From: Burkholderiaceae bacterium
Lineage (GTDB): Bacteria > Pseudomonadota > Gammaproteobacteria > Burkholderiales > Burkholderiaceae_C
Length of the DNA stretch: 64,000 bases
Assembly: GCA_965227035.1 (NCBI GenBank)
Contig: OZ245724.1
Location: 3,072,605-3,136,604 of the forward strand
Reading direction: 5' to 3'
Position numbers and translations under genes: made by a program. Within the stretch, counting starts at the first letter, position 1, and every line of letters starts with the position of its first letter. The notes under the pieces are model-generated. The model had not been told where the DNA came from and made no database searches. It worked only from the letters and a program-made list of their open reading frames with translations. Positions 53,400-62,288 of the stretch are shown piece by piece.

Positions 53400-54049
53400 G
53401 ACTTCTCTCCTGCCTGGGATGAATTGAATTTCTCTCGACCCGCGTCCAGCTTCTGCATGATCGCGTCGAGTTTCGATTTCGCGTGTTCCTGCGCATCGGC
53501 ATAGGTGCTGTTGCCATGCGAGTCGATCGCTACCGTGACCGGGCCAAGCCCTTCGACGCGCAGGCGAACCACGCGGTAGTGCATGAGCATGTCGCTCCAG
53601 CCCACTTCGATGACTTCGCGCACCGCACGGGTGTGGAGCGTCGCACCGCCACCGAGGAACGAGAGATACACGCAACCGGTTTTACGCATGGCTTCGACGC
53701 TTTTCTCGTCGAGCCCGCCCTTGCCGCCGATGGCGTGAAACTGCAACTCTTCGATCAGCCTCGGCATGACCGGATTGAAGCGAGTGCTGGTGGTCGGGTT
53801 CACGTACAGAAGATCGAGCGTGCCCTGGTCGTTCTCCTGGCTGTAACTGCCCAAATGAAACAGCGACTCGCCGTGCAGCTTCATCGGCAACGGCTCCTTG
53901 CCATCGAGGCATCCGATCAGCCGGTGATGCGTAGGCAAGCCTGCGGTTACGACAATCTCGCCATCGATGATGACCTGATCGCCCGCGCGAAGTTTGCGCG
54001 CATCGGACTCGCTCAAAGGGAAAGACATTCTGTGTGTCTGCAGAGTCAT
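53396..54049 (-). CDS. Fe-S hydro-lyase beta subunit (class I fumarase C-terminal / tartrate dehydratase TtdB-like)
   Basis: I use the internal start MTLQTHRMSFPLS (ATG = complement of 54047-54049), with GAGGGA upstream. HAIGGKGG motif. 217 aa. Confidence 0.8.
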   Translation of the reverse strand: MTLQTHRMSFPLSESDARKLRAGDQVIIDGEIVVTAGLPTHHRLIGCLDGKEPLPMKLHGESLFHLGSYSQENDQGTLDLLYVNPTTSTRFNPVMPRLIEELQFHAIGGKGGLDEKSVEAMRKTGCVYLSFLGGGATLHTRAVREVIEVGWSDMLMHYRVVRLRVEGLGPVTVAIDSHGNSTYADAQEHAKSKLDAIMQKLDAGREKFNSSQAGEKS

Positions 54050-54059
54050 GGCGCGTCCC

Positions 54060-54938
54060 TCACTCGACGATCTCGACGCGACCGTCGTTGTAGATCTTTG
54101 CGCGTGTACGCCGATTGATCCAGCAATTGAAAGCCACCGCCACGGGCGTGAATCCATGGCCCGCTGCGTAGTTCACATGCACCGCAGATGCAGTGCTGTC
54201 GCCGCCGGTGCCCATCGGACCGAACCCCAACTGGTTCACCGCTTCGAGCAATCGCGCTTCCATGTCGGCCACCATCGCTTCCGGATGTTTGGAGCCGATC
54301 GGGCGCAGCGTCGCTTCCTTGGCCATCTTGGCGGCGTAGTCGAATGTGCCGCCCACTCCAACGCCGATAACCACCGGAGGGCACGGCTGCGAGCCGGCTT
54401 TCATCACGACATCGAGCACATATTTTTCGATGGTTCGCATGTCGGGAAAGCTGAAGATTTCGAGATCGGCCCAGCGACCGGAACCGAGTGCCTTGGGCGA
54501 ACAGGTGATGTCGAGGCAATCCGATCCATCGACCATGTCGAAGGTCGTTATCGGCATGCTCTTGCCGCTGTAGCCGCGCTCGTTGGTGAGCGGATGCGTC
54601 ACGTGCGGGAGCAGCGGCGGATCGATGGTTTCGACCAGCCGATCGAACCCGTCGCGAATCGCTTTCACCACATTGCCGCTGAATCGCGCCTGCGTTCCGA
54701 CGCGCACGAAGTACACCGGCACACCTGAATCGGAGCAGACGAATCGGTTGGCTTTCTCGGCCTCTTCCGCGCTCTTGATCATGATCTTGAGCGTGTGGCG
54801 TGCAGTCTCGTTGGACTCGGTGGTGTCTGCGTTTTTAAGAGCCGACATTGCGTCATCCGGAATGCGGCGAAGCGAACGGTTGTACAGATCGGCCGTGACC
54901 GATGCAATGAGTTCCGGAGTGATTGAAGTAGTCGACAT
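54060..54938 (-). CDS. Fe-S hydro-lyase alpha subunit (class I fumarase N-terminal / TtdA-like)
   Basis: 292 aa. CSDSGVPVYFVRVG corresponds to the CQDTG-type cluster-ligand block. Followed directly by the beta subunit gene. Confidence 0.8.
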   Translation of the reverse strand: MSTTSITPELIASVTADLYNRSLRRIPDDAMSALKNADTTESNETARHTLKIMIKSAEEAEKANRFVCSDSGVPVYFVRVGTQARFSGNVVKAIRDGFDRLVETIDPPLLPHVTHPLTNERGYSGKSMPITTFDMVDGSDCLDITCSPKALGSGRWADLEIFSFPDMRTIEKYVLDVVMKAGSQPCPPVVIGVGVGGTFDYAAKMAKEATLRPIGSKHPEAMVADMEARLLEAVNQLGFGPMGTGGDSTASAVHVNYAAGHGFTPVAVAFNCWINRRTRAKIYNDGRVEIVE

Positions 54939-54942
54939 TGGG

Positions 54943-55986
54943 TTATGCCTTCATCAAACCGAATGTCTTTGCACGCATGTGTGCAAGCGCGTAGACCGTG
55001 TCGAGTGCGGGAGTCGATACGCCCACTTTCTGTCCGAGCTCACATGTCGCGCGAAGAATCGCATCGACCTCCACGCTGCGTCCGGCTTCGGCATCCTGCA
55101 GCATCGACGTCTTGATGTTGCCCAACTTGCGAGACACCGCAATACGATCCGCAACCTTGATGCCCACGTCGATGCCGAGCGCGGTGCCGACATCGAGTGT
55201 CTCCTGCATCATGATGCTGAAGAGCTTGTAGACGCCGGCGTCGTCGATCATCACATCGGTGGCCGATCCGGTAATCAGGCTCACCGGGTTGAAGCAGACG
55301 TTGCCGAGCAGTTTCTTCCAGACTTCGACACGAATATCCGGGCTCGCTTCGGCTTCGAATCCTGCGCCGTTCAATGCATCGACCCAGCGCTGAAGGCGTG
55401 CCGACGGCGGCGCATTCGGCGCTGCATCCGGTTCGCCGAATACCACCTTGGTACCCGAGTTATGGCGGGTCACTCCGGGCGCGGGACTCATGCACGACGG
55501 ATACACCACCGCGCCGATGATGTTGCGTGCATCGATAGCGGCTTCGATCTGACCGGTGGGATCGACGCTATCGAGCTTGCCTTTGACCGGCACCTTGGAT
55601 GCGCCTAGCGTGAACCACCACGGCACGCCGTTCACTGCGGGCACGACTATCGTGTCCGGCCCGACCAGCGATGAAATCATCGGCGCGATATCGGTAAGTG
55701 CGTATGCCTTGACCGCGATGACGACCACGTCCTGAACGCCTAGCGTCGACGCATCGTTCGTCGCTCGAACCTTGGCGGCCTGCCGCTCGCCTTTGTGTTC
55801 GTAAATCCAGCCGTTGGACTGGATGGCTTCAAGCGTTGCGCCGCGTGCGACGACGCTCACGTCGTGTCCGGCCAGTGCGAGGCGCGCACCAAAAAATCCG
55901 CCGACTGCACCCGCGCCGATGACGCAGATTTTGAGGGGCGAAGAGGGTGATGTAGAGGGGGATGAGGAGGAGGTCGAGGAACTCAT
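54943..55986 (-). CDS. 2-dehydropantoate 2-reductase (PanE/ApbA) family oxidoreductase
   Basis: I place the start at MSSSTSSSSPSTSPSSPLKICVIGAGAVGGFFGARLA (ATG = complement of 55984-55986). Rossmann GxGxxG after an unusual 17-aa Ser/Thr/Pro-rich leader. Confidence 0.8.
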   Translation of the reverse strand: MSSSTSSSSPSTSPSSPLKICVIGAGAVGGFFGARLALAGHDVSVVARGATLEAIQSNGWIYEHKGERQAAKVRATNDASTLGVQDVVVIAVKAYALTDIAPMISSLVGPDTIVVPAVNGVPWWFTLGASKVPVKGKLDSVDPTGQIEAAIDARNIIGAVVYPSCMSPAPGVTRHNSGTKVVFGEPDAAPNAPPSARLQRWVDALNGAGFEAEASPDIRVEVWKKLLGNVCFNPVSLITGSATDVMIDDAGVYKLFSIMMQETLDVGTALGIDVGIKVADRIAVSRKLGNIKTSMLQDAEAGRSVEVDAILRATCELGQKVGVSTPALDTVYALAHMRAKTFGLMKA

Positions 55987-56115
55987 TCGTGGTCTCTTTT
56001 GTTGTCTCTTGTCATGAACCAGGCGCACGCCCGGCAATGTTTAAAGACAGTCTATCCACTTGACCTCGCCTCCTGCCAACGCAATCCGCAAAGCAGCTAT
56101 GCGCCGGGCGGGTTG

Positions 56116-57534
56116 TCAGGCCTTTTCGACGGTCTTTACGCTGGTCTGTGCGCCCGAGTTTCTTGCGGCTCTTCGTGCCAGCGATTCGATCATCGGATGC
56201 GCATTGAAACGCGCCATCATCCGGGTCTTCGAAAGCTGGGTGATAGCCGATTCTGCAATCATCTTCGGCCAGGTCTCGTACGCCGCCTTAACGCATGCCG
56301 ATATGGCGGCCATCGCTGGTTTCTCCGGAATGCTCAGCGCCGAGCAAAACGCGCGAACCATAGCGGGCGAGAGAGATTGTTTTGGCGCCGCCCCGCCCTC
56401 CAACGGCTCCGCTTTGGGACTCAAGCCTGGTGGGACGATGAACAGCGCGTGACCCTTCGCGGTATTGAAGGCCGAGTACGCGACGATGTCATAGGCCGGA
56501 GGAAACTCCGGCGTCCTGCCGTCCGGATATCGCAGGCCCATATTTTTGAGATGCATGTCCGGATTACCGAGCAACTCGTTCACGACGAGTCTTCGAAGTA
56601 GCTCGTGCACTGCAGACTCGCCAAGCGAAGGTTCGCTCATCAATACGGCTGCAACGCTCAGATAGGTTTGCGGATTCGCCCGATCGGCACCGCGGTATTT
56701 GTCTTCCGGCATCTCGCCCAGGACCTGCGCGAAGTCTTCGCAATGGATGCGTCCTTCGGGCGAGCGATCGTATCGAACAACTGCGAGAAAGTTGGTTTGA
56801 GCGTCGATGTTGCCGAGGTCGTAATCGTGCTGCGCGCCGAGTTTTTCCAATGGCTCCAGGTACGCTTCGCATGCGTTCACGCCGGCCGCGCGCGCGAGTC
56901 GTAGCGAGAGGTCTTCCACCTCGGGCAGCATTGGCTGACCCGTTACCGGAAGCTTTGCAATGATCGAGGTATCGCGATCCTTCGTGCGGCCAACGTATCT
57001 GTCGCCCAACTTGATCACGCCGAGTTTCGGTTGCACACCCGAGAGCGATACGCCCTCGTCGAGAGGATCTGCGGTGACCGACATTTCCAGCGCGTCCTGA
57101 TCTTGCGTCACGTAATGAGCAAGTTCGTCTCGAGTCAACTCGACAGGCAGCGCGTAGATGTTTCCGGGCAGATCCTTGCCGCACGCGGCCAGCATTTCGA
57201 AATGATCTTTCGGATCGCATTGGCGAAGCGCCGCAACATGATCGCGGAACACGCCTTCGGGCAAAAGGTTCTGAAAATACGAGGGCAGCAGCCATCCGTT
57301 CGCCGCCGAGTAGCGCCCGTTGAATGGTGCCGATGCGATGCTGGCCCACAGCGCCTGTTGCTGCTCGGGGCTTTCGGCCAAATAGGAAAGTGAAATAAGC
57401 GGAGCGTCGCGAAGATTGCGAAACGCCACGTCGGCTTCGAATCGATTGATGACTGCGGCTCCGGCGGACGCGTACTGGAACAGCACGCCGACCCGCAGTG
57501 TGCCTAGATAGATGCCGAGCGCCTTGACGTTCAT
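56116..57534 (-). CDS. hipA: type II toxin HipA-family serine/threonine kinase
   Basis: 472 aa. SLSGVQPKLG (P-loop-like motif) and LLGNPDMHLKNMGL (catalytic loop). ATGA overlap with the upstream HTH gene. Confidence 0.9.
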   Translation of the reverse strand: MNVKALGIYLGTLRVGVLFQYASAGAAVINRFEADVAFRNLRDAPLISLSYLAESPEQQQALWASIASAPFNGRYSAANGWLLPSYFQNLLPEGVFRDHVAALRQCDPKDHFEMLAACGKDLPGNIYALPVELTRDELAHYVTQDQDALEMSVTADPLDEGVSLSGVQPKLGVIKLGDRYVGRTKDRDTSIIAKLPVTGQPMLPEVEDLSLRLARAAGVNACEAYLEPLEKLGAQHDYDLGNIDAQTNFLAVVRYDRSPEGRIHCEDFAQVLGEMPEDKYRGADRANPQTYLSVAAVLMSEPSLGESAVHELLRRLVVNELLGNPDMHLKNMGLRYPDGRTPEFPPAYDIVAYSAFNTAKGHALFIVPPGLSPKAEPLEGGAAPKQSLSPAMVRAFCSALSIPEKPAMAAISACVKAAYETWPKMIAESAITQLSKTRMMARFNAHPMIESLARRAARNSGAQTSVKTVEKA

Positions 57535-57869
57535 TCTGCGTCTCGCATGGTGTCGTTGGCGGAAGCGATCCGGTCGAGTGCCGCCTGGACTTTCGATTTG
57601 ACCGCCGGTGCTGCTGATTCATCCGACCCTGCATATTCGTTCACTGCATTCACTGCATTTGCCGCGCCTTTCGGCACCAGGAGAAGCTCCAGCCCCAGCC
57701 TGTCTGCCAGCGCCAGCAAGGTGCTGAGCTTGAAATCTTCCTTGCCGCTGAGGACATTCGTGAGCGTGCGACCGGAGATGCCGGCCATCGCCTTGAGTTC
57801 GGCCTGAGTGAGGTTAAGGCGGGTGAGCGCGGCGCGTAATTGCTCTGAGGTTTCGGCAAGCGTTTTCAT
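57531..57869 (-). CDS. hipB: HipB-like XRE-family HTH antitoxin
   Basis: 112 aa. HTH LTQAELKAMAGISGRTLTNVLSGKEDFKLSTLLALADRLGLEL. Immediately upstream of and overlapping hipA. Confidence 0.8.
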   Translation of the reverse strand: MKTLAETSEQLRAALTRLNLTQAELKAMAGISGRTLTNVLSGKEDFKLSTLLALADRLGLELLLVPKGAANAVNAVNEYAGSDESAAPAVKSKVQAALDRIASANDTMRDAE

Positions 57870-57876
57870 GGCAATA

Positions 57877-57905
57877 AAGTAGTATTTATTCTAATAATAC
57901 TACTT
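57877..57905. promoter_or_regulatory. inverted repeat AAGTAGTATT-n9-AATACTACTT (candidate HipB operator 1)
   Basis: Perfect 10-bp arms (57877-57886 and 57896-57905), 8 nt upstream of the hipB ATG. Core AAGTAG-N17-CTACTT. Confidence 0.4.
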
Positions 57906-57948
57906 CGATGCGTTATCGAATTGCTTTCGAGCTCCCATTTATAGAAAC

Positions 57949-57979
57949 AAAGTAGCTTGAATAACAAATACGCTACTTT
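57949..57979. promoter_or_regulatory. inverted repeat AAAGTAGC-n15-GCTACTTT (candidate HipB operator 2)
   Basis: Perfect 8-bp arms with the same AAGTAG-N17-CTACTT core and spacing as operator 1. The centres are 73 bp apart. Confidence 0.4.
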
Positions 57980-57992
57980 ATTGCGTAAAAAC

Positions 57993-58994
57993 TCAGTCGG
58001 CAGGTACTGGCTTCTTGACCGTCGGACGCTCGGTCCACATGCCGCGTCTGGCGTTGTCTTCGGTAATTTCCATCAACTGCGCCGCCACGGCAGAAACCGC
58101 GCTGCTCGGCCCCTTGCTTTTGGAGAACGCCATCGACACGAACCGCTGAATCGGCGGATTCACGATTCGCGTGGCCTGAAGCTGGCCGCTCGCGATCTCG
58201 TTCCAGACCGCGTGAATCGGCAGCACCGTGTAGAGCTTCTCGTGCTCGACCACCGAACGCATGATCGGCAGCGAATCGGCCTCGATTGCGGGCGACAAAT
58301 CGACCCGCTCCTGACGCGCCAAAGAATCGAGCGCAGTCCGCAATCCATTGGGGGCGCTGGGCAGGATGAACGGCAAACCGTCCAGCGATTTGAAATCGAT
58401 TTCGTCCTGCTGCGTGAGTCGGTCGCCGGGCGCGCCGATCAAATAACTGTCGACCGTAGCGAGTGCCTGCTCACGTTCCGGCACTGTGGGCCCGTAGCGA
58501 TAAAGAATCGCAATGTCGATTCGCGAATCGGCCAACCATTCTTCGACCAGACCGCTAGATCCTTCGAGAATCTTGAGATGCACCGCCGGATGCTTGGCGC
58601 GCAGCTCCTTGAATAACCGTCCGATGATCGGGAAGGTAATAGACGGAAGCGCGCCCAAAATGACCCGCCCTGCCGGCTGGCGCGCTTCGCCGCGAATGTC
58701 GCTGAGCAGCTGGTCGGCGTCGGCAACGAGATCTTTCACGCGAGGAAAAATCCGCTGCCCCATTTCCGATAGCGTCACGCCGCGCCCGGTCCGATTGAAG
58801 AGGCGAGCCCCGCAATCGCGCTCCAGTCCGTTGATCTGCCGACTCAACAGCGACTGATTTCTATCCAGCGCAATAGCGGCGCGTGTCAGGCTGCCGAGCT
58901 CGGCAATCGCCAAAAAGGTGCGCCACCGCTGAAGATCGGAGATGGCGTCCACGTCGATATGGGCCGGGGAGTTGAGCGGGCGGGAGGCTTCCAT
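57993..58994 (-). CDS. LysR-family transcriptional regulator, divergent from the peroxiredoxin gene
   Basis: 333 aa. HTH LQRWRTFLAIAELGSLTRAAIALDRNQSLLSRQINGLE. Confidence 0.85.
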   Translation of the reverse strand: MEASRPLNSPAHIDVDAISDLQRWRTFLAIAELGSLTRAAIALDRNQSLLSRQINGLERDCGARLFNRTGRGVTLSEMGQRIFPRVKDLVADADQLLSDIRGEARQPAGRVILGALPSITFPIIGRLFKELRAKHPAVHLKILEGSSGLVEEWLADSRIDIAILYRYGPTVPEREQALATVDSYLIGAPGDRLTQQDEIDFKSLDGLPFILPSAPNGLRTALDSLARQERVDLSPAIEADSLPIMRSVVEHEKLYTVLPIHAVWNEIASGQLQATRIVNPPIQRFVSMAFSKSKGPSSAVSAVAAQLMEITEDNARRGMWTERPTVKKPVPAD

Positions 58995-59120
58995 TTATAT
59001 CGATTGTGCATGTGAACATGTAGAAAATGGATTTGCCACGATGCGCCCTGTTGAGTCACCATCGTCTGTCAAACTCCCATCGTCCAACCGACAAACCGCT
59101 AAAAACAGGAGATAAGTTTC

Positions 59121-59774
59121 ATGGCTCTTCGCATCAACGACACCGTTCCCGATTTCTCTGCAGAGACCGATCAGGGCCCCATCAAATTTCACGACTGGAT
59201 CGGCTCCGACTGGGCCATCCTGTTCTCGCATCCCAAAGACTTCACGCCCGTGTGCACCACCGAATTCGGCGCAGTGGCACAACTGTCCGCCGAATGGGCC
59301 AAGCGCAAGACCAAGGTGATCGGCGTGTCGGTGGACGACGCGGAATCGCACAAAAAATGGAAAGGCGACATCGAGAAGTATTGCGGAACCACCGCCGGTT
59401 TCCCGATCATTGCCGACGTCGGCCTGGCCGTGTCGAAAGCATTCGACATGCTGCCCGCCGAAGCCTACCTTCCCGATGGCCGCACACCCAACGACACCGC
59501 TACGGTGCGCTCGGTTTTCATCATCGGCCCGGACAAGAAGGTCAAGCTGTCGATGACCTACCCCATGTCGGTAGGTCGCAACTTCGCCGAAGTGTTGCGC
59601 GCGCTGGATGCGTTGCAGCTCACCTTCAATGTGCCGCTCGCTACGCCTGCAAATTGGAGCGTTGGGGAAGATGTGATCGTGGCGCTGGCGTTGAATGACG
59701 AGCAGGCTAAGGAGAAGTATGGGGAGCTGGATAAGAAGTTGCCGTATTTGAGGACGGCGCGGGCGCCTAAGTGA
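59121..59774 (+). CDS. 1-Cys peroxiredoxin (Prx6 subfamily)
   Basis: 217 aa. FSHPKDFTPVCTTE peroxidatic-Cys motif. AGGAGA SD. Confidence 0.9.
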   Translation: MALRINDTVPDFSAETDQGPIKFHDWIGSDWAILFSHPKDFTPVCTTEFGAVAQLSAEWAKRKTKVIGVSVDDAESHKKWKGDIEKYCGTTAGFPIIADVGLAVSKAFDMLPAEAYLPDGRTPNDTATVRSVFIIGPDKKVKLSMTYPMSVGRNFAEVLRALDALQLTFNVPLATPANWSVGEDVIVALALNDEQAKEKYGELDKKLPYLRTARAPK

Positions 59775-59869
59775 ACTAATAGTCTATAGCGCTCCCGACA
59801 CCTTGGGGTTAGTCCTCAACTGGCTCTCCTTATCTAACTTCTGCAGCGAGCAAGTTGCCTTACGCGTGA

Positions 59870-61774
59870 TCAGTTTGCGTAAGTCATGTTCGCTTCAACG
59901 GTGTCAGCGTCATTCTCCGCGTCAATACCCTCATCGCCGGACTCCCCTGCATATGCAGTCTTGCCAGTTGCCAGTTCAATCAACGTCAACAATCGCTGTT
60001 GTCGGTCCGCCATAAACGCGCCGAAGTCATCATCGCGTATCAACTTAGGGGTAATGAGGTGAGAGTCTAGGTAAGCGTTGAGTCTCTGCCCATCTATGGC
60101 GGGCGTTGCCGCGTCACCGTTCGACAACCTTGCCAAATATTCTGATGGTGCGACTCCACCAATCATTCGGTTCGTTCGAAACGACAAGGGCGTCTTATTG
60201 ATGATGGAATCGAATACTGACGGTTTAATGCCATGCTTTTTGCACCAGTCTTGCGGAAAGATGTGATGGATATCGACGTTTTCACCAAAAAAAACTGTGT
60301 GGTCGAATTTTTGGCCCGATCGGAAGTCCTGCGCCCCTTGCTTCATCAGCAAGGCATTGATTCCTTTGTACGCCGCAGAGAGGCGCATTCGCATCGTCTT
60401 CAGTCGATCGGCCCTGAAAATAGTTTCACTGACCGTACTTGGCTCGATACCGCCGTTGAGCCACGCGGGCACCTCCACAAAATCCTTCGCTATGCGAGTC
60501 TCCACCGTAGATCCATAAAGCTCTCCAAAAACCCCATTCCAATACCAACGCACTAACTTTTCGCGGTTTGCTTCGTGCTCCCACGCGTCGCCTATGTCCG
60601 CAAGAATTGCCGCCAACGGCACGATCTGCGACTGGTAGGGCAGGTCGAATATGCGATAGATGTGAAGCAAATGCAAAAACTTTGCCGCCTTCAAAAACCC
60701 TGCCTCAACTCGGCTCTCGTATTGTTTGTACGCGGCGAGTGGCAAGCCAAGCAGCGCTTGGCGATTGCCGGTGACGGCGGGCAACTCTTTCCCCTGCTTC
60801 CCAGCGAGTTCAGCCTGACGGCGGCGATCACGAGTGTAGAAAAGCGAAATCGCTTGCAAAAAATCGGTATTGCCTACGTTGGCAATGATTCCTGCCTCGG
60901 AGTCCGCAGGTTTCAAAGTATCGACAAAACGGCGATGGCGACCACGTGAGTGGTCATCGCCATACCAATCCTTGCGCAACTCGTGACCATCTGACGCGTA
61001 CATCGCCGTCACCAATTCAAAAGCATCTAAGGGCTTACCGCCTGTGTTCACTTTTTCAAACACAACGCATACGGCCTCTTTCGTAGTGCTCCTATCCAAC
61101 GCGATTACCGGCACGCGGTACGACTTGAAGTTTTCCAGCACCTCTCGCTTAAAACGTCTGAACTCCTCTCGCACGGTTTCGTGCTCGTCACCGCGCCACG
61201 CTTTATCGAATCCGTCTTGCCACTTATCCCAATCGAAGACTTTCGTCACCGGATACATCAGTAGCTTGTATTCTTGCTCCGCCGAAGAAAGATCCGGACC
61301 TGCTTCCCGGCCGAATTCGCCACGAACTATTCGATCCTCAGGAACGCCCAATATGGCTTCCTCGCGATCTGCTGAGGCATCCAACGCTTTACGAATGTCG
61401 ATGTAAAACCACCGCTTGACTTTCTTTTTCTTGGGCGTGACCGTATCAACTACCTTGTCTCTCATAGACACTTGGTACAGCGAGGTCATGCGCTGTTGTC
61501 CATCCAACAATAAGGAGAACGGCTTCATTTCCTTAGATGCCGCTGGAACCCCTTCAATTGGTCGCGGCTTGAAATTAACGTCGCCACCCGTTTCAAGTGT
61601 CATCAACGCTCCCACTGGGAAAGCACGCGAAATTGACGCGATCAGACTTTTAATTCGATCCTCGTCCCATACCCAACTACGCTGAAAATCTGGCAACTGC
61701 AGCGCGCCAAGGTGACAGTCCTCAAGCAGTTTGGATAGATCGTACGGGTTGGTTTGGAACGTTGAGCCGGCCAT
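59870..61774 (-). CDS. DUF262/DUF1524 protein, GmrSD-type (type IV modification-dependent restriction / SspE/BrxU-like) nuclease
   Basis: 634 aa. N-terminal LQLPDFQRSWVWDEDRI, LLLDGQQRMTSLYQ and VVFEKVNTGGKPLDAFEL (DUF262/ParB-like NTPase motifs). C-terminal DIHHIFPQDW..INKTPLSFRTNR (His-Me finger, DUF1524-like). Confidence 0.8.
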   Translation of the reverse strand: MAGSTFQTNPYDLSKLLEDCHLGALQLPDFQRSWVWDEDRIKSLIASISRAFPVGALMTLETGGDVNFKPRPIEGVPAASKEMKPFSLLLDGQQRMTSLYQVSMRDKVVDTVTPKKKKVKRWFYIDIRKALDASADREEAILGVPEDRIVRGEFGREAGPDLSSAEQEYKLLMYPVTKVFDWDKWQDGFDKAWRGDEHETVREEFRRFKREVLENFKSYRVPVIALDRSTTKEAVCVVFEKVNTGGKPLDAFELVTAMYASDGHELRKDWYGDDHSRGRHRRFVDTLKPADSEAGIIANVGNTDFLQAISLFYTRDRRRQAELAGKQGKELPAVTGNRQALLGLPLAAYKQYESRVEAGFLKAAKFLHLLHIYRIFDLPYQSQIVPLAAILADIGDAWEHEANREKLVRWYWNGVFGELYGSTVETRIAKDFVEVPAWLNGGIEPSTVSETIFRADRLKTMRMRLSAAYKGINALLMKQGAQDFRSGQKFDHTVFFGENVDIHHIFPQDWCKKHGIKPSVFDSIINKTPLSFRTNRMIGGVAPSEYLARLSNGDAATPAIDGQRLNAYLDSHLITPKLIRDDDFGAFMADRQQRLLTLIELATGKTAYAGESGDEGIDAENDADTVEANMTYAN

Positions 61775-62288
61775 AAATTCTCGAATTAGGAAAGTTCAAA
61801 TGCTCTCGATTGTTCGGTGTTTCACCGCTAATCATGCGAAGTAGCAGCATTAAAAATCAACTGCAATCGTGGGTCTACTTAATTATGTGCTAGTCATTGG
61901 ATACCATCGAATGACAAAAATTGTGTGAACGAGAAGTTCGCAGGACCCGTCTACTTCAGCAACCCATTTTCCCAACAACTTTGATTTTCCGCCGCGTAGA
62001 TTTTTCACTAGGGTTGCTGCAACGCGCAAGGCGCGCACCACTACTTTCAAATTTCGTTGTCCCGAGTAATTGGATCTCTGCTTACCGAACAACGTATCAA
62101 ACTTCGTCGTATCGAAAAGAGCATCGTAAAAATGTCTTTCCTCAATACACCGCCAATGCCATTCCTCAGAAATAGGTGTCTTAGATTACGCGGCGAGTCT
62201 TTGCGAGAACGCTTGGTCAAAATGTGGGCACGTCGACCTGTGATGGCAAGATGTCTCCTAGTGCATTCTTTAAAGCGCGGTTTGCCCA

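Noticed and set aside
56564-57634. 356-aa minus-strand ORF overlapping hipA in another frame
   Set aside because: It is an Arg/Ser-rich frame-shifted shadow of the hipA reading frame. The hipA frame carries the diagnostic kinase motifs.
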